DNA of 32,000 nucleotides from Candidatus Saccharimonadota bacterium (GTDB lineage Bacteria; Patescibacteriota; Gracilibacteria; Absconditabacterales; Absconditicoccaceae): NCBI GenBank assembly GCA_965231145.1, contig OZ246420.1, positions 540,001 to 572,000 of the forward strand, read 5' to 3'. Shown piece by piece: positions 29,070 to 32,000 of this stretch (position 1 is its first letter; each line of letters starts with the position of its first letter). The notes under the pieces were generated by a model. It saw only the letters and a program-made list of their open reading frames with translations, ran no database searches and was not told where the DNA came from. The position numbers and the translations under genes were made by a program.

Positions 29070-30320
29070 ATGAGTGATTCGCTTGAAATTCTTAGGAAAT
29101 ACAGCCAACCTACTGAGGTTATCTATAGCACAGAGATCAAAAAGGAGATCACTGCTGCACTTTTTGGGCATCTCACCGAAGAACAAATTTCTAATAAAGT
29201 GAATCGTATTAATTGGCTCAATCACAAGAATATTCAGGCTCTTTGTGCAGAGAAAATCAGTAGAATTCTTGTAGAGAATAACCCTCAGATCCAAGAGAAA
29301 AAGATTGAACTAGCCAAAAGCGTAGACGCCTCGCTTACAAGACAAAAAAATAAGCAAGAGGCCGCTATTATCGATCAGAAGATACAAAGAGTCTCCTCTA
29401 TCAACACTTATACTATTGTAGAAAAACTTTCCCACCGCACAGGTAAGGCTGAATATAAGTATCAATTGAGTTGGTCTCCTCTTTTTGATGATGAAGAAGG
29501 CATTCATCATAACATTATTGAGCCATATAACTGTGAAAAGGAAGGCGGGGCTCTCGATCAGACTTCTTATCCTCTTATCATAGAAAACAGTGTTTATAAG
29601 ATCGATGCCATGCCCGTTTCACTCGTTGATCTTGCGCTACATGGGACCATGAAAAGTCACTATACGACACCTCAGAAGCTTGATATTCTATTAGAATGAG
29701 CAAATAATGAAGAAATCATCAAAAGATTTCTCATAGACGCCCAGCCACTAAGTTTTTTTCATGAAAATCCAAAAGGCAAGGAAAAATCTCCTATAAGTGA
29801 ATATACTCACAGGATCCTTTCCTTATTATTCCAAGGGAGAAAAGTCTGATATCTACTATCGGAAAATACTCACATTGCCTATGAAGAAAAGAATCTTAAG
29901 CAATATACCAATAATATTATTCGCTATAGGTTATTTTGATCAAAACACGCTCTTATAGCTCACCTGCAAGAAGAAATACCTTCTGCGATAGAAAAATCCC
30001 TCCAGCGAGAGCCGACTCTCAATCATATAGGACACTACGTAAACATTTGACTTACTTACATTTATGGAAATACTAACTTATATAATGATTTTTTTCAATA
30101 TCTAGGCGAGCTTAAAACCCAAGTCATAAAATGAGGCACTATAATAGAACAAAAGATAGCGAAAGCCCTGGAAAGAATTCATGGAAAAAACGCCTCTAAT
30201 GATCAAATGGTAATAAAGAGTATTGCTCGTTTATTGAGAGTGTGAGTAGAAACGCAAAAAGAAAAATTAGGTACTATGAGTGCACATATAGAAGCATTAA
30301 AACAAGATCCCGATTTCTAA
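29070..30320 (+). CDS. Hypothetical protein (about 416 aa), rejoined across 6 TGA codons
   Basis: ORF 29043-29699 continues in frame through TGA codons to TAA 30318-30320. The start is moved to ATG 29070 because the ORF-track start at 29043 lies inside the predicted promoter. No family recognised. Confidence 0.6.
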
Positions 30321-30334
30321 TACGGAATTTGACA

Positions 30335-30366
30335 CAAAAAAACTCGGAACTATTTCCGAGTTTTTT
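30335..30366. terminator. Bidirectional rho-independent terminator between convergent genes
   Basis: aaaaaaaaCTCGGAA-ctat-TTCCGAGtttttt. Confidence 0.75.
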
Positions 30367-30412
30367 ACAATGATTAATTTTGCTGTCTGCCTTTTCAGCT
30401 TTACTCTGTTTA

Positions 30413-31090
30413 TTAGTACTCAAGCTGAACACCAGGTCCCATAGTTGGAGAAAGAACAACTTTTTTGATAAGTTTTCCTTTTACACCTGCTGGCTTATTT
30501 TCTTCGAGAGCCTTAAGAAATGCTTTCACATTGTCTGCGAGCTGCTCATCAGAGAACGAAAGTTTTCCGATACCTGAGTGGATATTTCCTGTCTTGTCCA
30601 TTCTGAACTCGATACGACCCTTCTTTACTTCATTGATCGTAGCAGGAAGATCCATAGTTACCGTACCAGCCTTTGGTGAAGGCATGAGACCTTTAGGACC
30701 GAGCATTTTTGCTACCTTTGCCATATCCTTGATCATGTCAGGAGTAGTCAAAAGGATATCAAAATCGATCTTTCCCTTCTCAATATCAGCTAAGAGCGAT
30801 GAGTTTCCAGCGATATCAGCACCCGCATCTTTTGCCATGCTTACCTTATCATCAGAAACGTACACAGCGATCTTTACTGTCTTACCTACTCCGTGAGGAA
30901 GGCTTGTTACAGCTCTGATCTGCTGATCATTATACTTAGGATCTGCAAATGTCTTCACAGCGATATTGAGCATACCGGTAAATTTTGAGTATGATCCTTT
31001 CTTTACAAGAGTAATAGCCTCTTCAATAGAGTATTTCTGCTCTGGATTGATAAGGTCTCTTACTGCTTTATACTTTTTTCCGTGTGCCAT
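30413..31090 (-). CDS. rplA: 50S ribosomal protein L1
   Basis: Intact 225-aa ORF: MAHGKKYKAVRDLI...LPHGVGKTVKIAV...KMLGPKGLMPSPKAGTVT. Confidence 0.95.
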   Translation of the reverse strand: MAHGKKYKAVRDLINPEQKYSIEEAITLVKKGSYSKFTGMLNIAVKTFADPKYNDQQIRAVTSLPHGVGKTVKIAVYVSDDKVSMAKDAGADIAGNSSLLADIEKGKIDFDILLTTPDMIKDMAKVAKMLGPKGLMPSPKAGTVTMDLPATINEVKKGRIEFRMDKTGNIHSGIGKLSFSDEQLADNVKAFLKALEENKPAGVKGKLIKKVVLSPTMGPGVQLEY

Positions 31091-31208
31091 AGTAATCTAC
31101 GTATAAACAACTAAAAGTGGTCATAACGCTAGGCAAAGCCAAGCTCCCACAGGTAATCATCCTCTCTTCCGCAGTGACAGGAAAACTAACCTCTTTATCT
31201 TATTCATA

Positions 31209-31273
31209 GCAATTAGATTATAGATATTAGATTATAGCATCTTGCTGATATCTAATATCAAACATCTAATTGC
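31209..31273. repeat. TAGATTATAGAT-type imperfect palindrome (family copy 3 of 3) inside the rplK-rplA spacer
   Basis: The arms gcaattagattatagatattagattatagc and gctgatatctaatatcaaacatctaattgc flank the loop atctt. They match at about 24 of 30 positions when one arm is reverse-complemented. Confidence 0.6.
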
Positions 31274-31289
31274 TTGTTATGTATTATGG

Positions 31290-31736
31290 TTATTTGATTT
31301 CAATTCCCATATTTTTTGCTGTACCTGCGATGATTTTCACGAGTGAATCCATCTTTGCAGTGTTCATAACAGGCTTCTTGATCTCTGCAATCTCTTCAAG
31401 ATCTTTCTTAGAAAGAGTACCGATCTTTGTCTTGTTTGGAGTAGCAGAACCTTGTTTCTGCTTAAGTTTCCACAAAAGAAGATGCGATGTAAGTGGAGGA
31501 AGAATTTCCATGTCATACGTTCTGTCTGAGTACACAGTAATCACTGCTGGAACTTTTACGTCTGTCCCACCAAATTTTGCTGCGATATCTCTTGTTTTAT
31601 CATTAAATTCCTTGATGAATGTTCCGATATTTACACCATTTTGACCAAGGATAGGACCCACTGGAGGTGCTGGCATAGCTTTACCGGCAGTCACATGGAG
31701 GGTAAATTTTTTCTGAATTTTCTTTACTGGAGCCAT
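31290..31736 (-). CDS. rplK: 50S ribosomal protein L11
   Basis: Intact 148-aa ORF: KFTLHVTAGKAMPAPPVGPILGQNGVNIGTFIKEFNDKT. Confidence 0.95.
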   Translation of the reverse strand: MAPVKKIQKKFTLHVTAGKAMPAPPVGPILGQNGVNIGTFIKEFNDKTRDIAAKFGGTDVKVPAVITVYSDRTYDMEILPPLTSHLLLWKLKQKQGSATPNKTKIGTLSKKDLEEIAEIKKPVMNTAKMDSLVKIIAGTAKNMGIEIK

Positions 31737-31775
31737 TGTTATAATAAATACAAGTAAAACGATACGCTGAACACA

Positions 31776-31850
31776 GTTTATAAAGTTTATAAAGTAGAAA
31801 GTTTATAAACCATAGAGGTTTTAACTTTACGAACTTTAAGAACCTTTAAC
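31776..31850 (-). terminator. GTTTATAAAG word-repeat hairpin between the upstream gene and rplK (probable terminator on the minus strand)
   Basis: gtttataaagtttataaagtagaaagtttataaacc pairs with ggttttaactttacgaactttaagaacctttaac. Several mismatches become G-U pairs only in the minus-strand (sense) RNA. Confidence 0.45.
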
Positions 31851-31861
31851 TGTCGTTAGCC

Positions 31862-32000
31862 TTATTTACCAGTAAAAAGCTTTCTAATATACTTTTTATG
31901 TGCCTTATACTGACTGGCATCATCTTGGATCATCCAAAGGTCTGAACCTAACTGGATGAAGACGTTAACCTTTACATCTTTGTACTGCGGTAACTCGACG
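31862..32000 (-). CDS. C-terminal end of an unidentified protein; the gene continues beyond the window
   Basis: The open frame from the window edge reads ...VELPQYKDVKVNVFIQLGSDLWMIQDDASQYKAHKKYIRKLFTGK and ends at TAA 31862-31864. Confidence 0.4.
   Translation of the reverse strand, partial: VELPQYKDVKVNVFIQLGSDLWMIQDDASQYKAHKKYIRKLFTGK

Noticed and set aside
1000-30320. The many short adjacent ORFs (xseA, murA, alr, nusA, prfA and others in 2-7 pieces) could mean a pseudogene-rich, decaying genome or a poor assembly.
   Set aside because: The pieces always stay in the same frame and are interrupted only by TGA, never by TAA/TAG or frameshifts. Conserved motifs continue straight across the breaks. 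Decay or sequencing error would produce frameshifts and mixed stop codons.
16321-31850. The word-repeat elements as CRISPR arrays.
   Set aside because: Each locus is a single imperfect palindrome of 40-75 bp with no unique spacers separating regularly spaced repeats, and no cas genes are present.
1-32000. UGA=Trp (genetic code 4, Mycoplasma/Spiroplasma-like), given the low GC content.
   Set aside because: The TGA columns I could align from memory correspond to conserved Gly (KH GXXG, MurA PGF and RGY, Alr DG, M50 GRLT and AGP), not Trp. TGG is used for Trp right beside a TGA, in FGW[TGA]KPV.
1-32000. In-frame TGAs as selenocysteine codons.
   Set aside because: They are far too frequent (dozens, including tandem pairs), occur in proteins that are not selenoproteins, and replace glycine rather than cysteine positions.
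1-32000. A mobile element, prophage or integrative island explaining the orphan block.
   Set aside because: I could recognise no integrase, transposase, recombinase, phage structural motif or flanking tRNA. The bounding palindromes are not direct repeats of each other. Foreign origin therefore remains untested rather than supported.

Overview
AT-rich bacterial chromosome segment (GC not computed) that is only coherent if UGA is read as a sense codon. In the standard-code ORF track, most conserved genes (xseA, nusA, prfA, murA, alr, an htrA-like protease, ftsX, an M50 protease, an HD hydrolase, a KH-domain ATPase) are broken exactly at in-frame TGA codons. The fragments stay in one frame, and many of the TGAs fall on conserved glycines: KH 'GKGG', MurA 'PGFPTD' and 'RGY', Alr 'GYxDG', M50 'GRLT' and 'AGP'. 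This is the signature of genetic code 25 (UGA=Gly), typical of Gracilibacteria/Absconditabacteria-type (CPR) genomes. All CDS coordinates below are my hand re-joins across TGA, with only TAA/TAG treated as stops. After recoding, the window holds housekeeping genes (GT2, xseA, pyk, HD, ATPase, FKBP, ftsB-like, a candidate rnpB, nusA, M50, prfA, murA, alr, htrA-like, ftsX, TPR, rplA, rplK). It also holds a ~10 kb block of orphan genes at 6.1-16.3 kb. The block centres on one 4,896-nt ORF (8667-13562, minus strand, 1,631 codons, ~26 UGA codons, no TAA/TAG). That ORF carries GNAT-like and protein-kinase-like motif sets plus Ala/Gly-rich hydrophobic segments, and a 96-aa gene abuts it upstream. Other notable features are two promoter/terminator-insulated single-gene cassettes between prfA and murA, several families of low-complexity imperfect palindromes in intergenic regions, and a probable leaderless gene. 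No tRNA, rRNA, CRISPR array or transposase was recognised.
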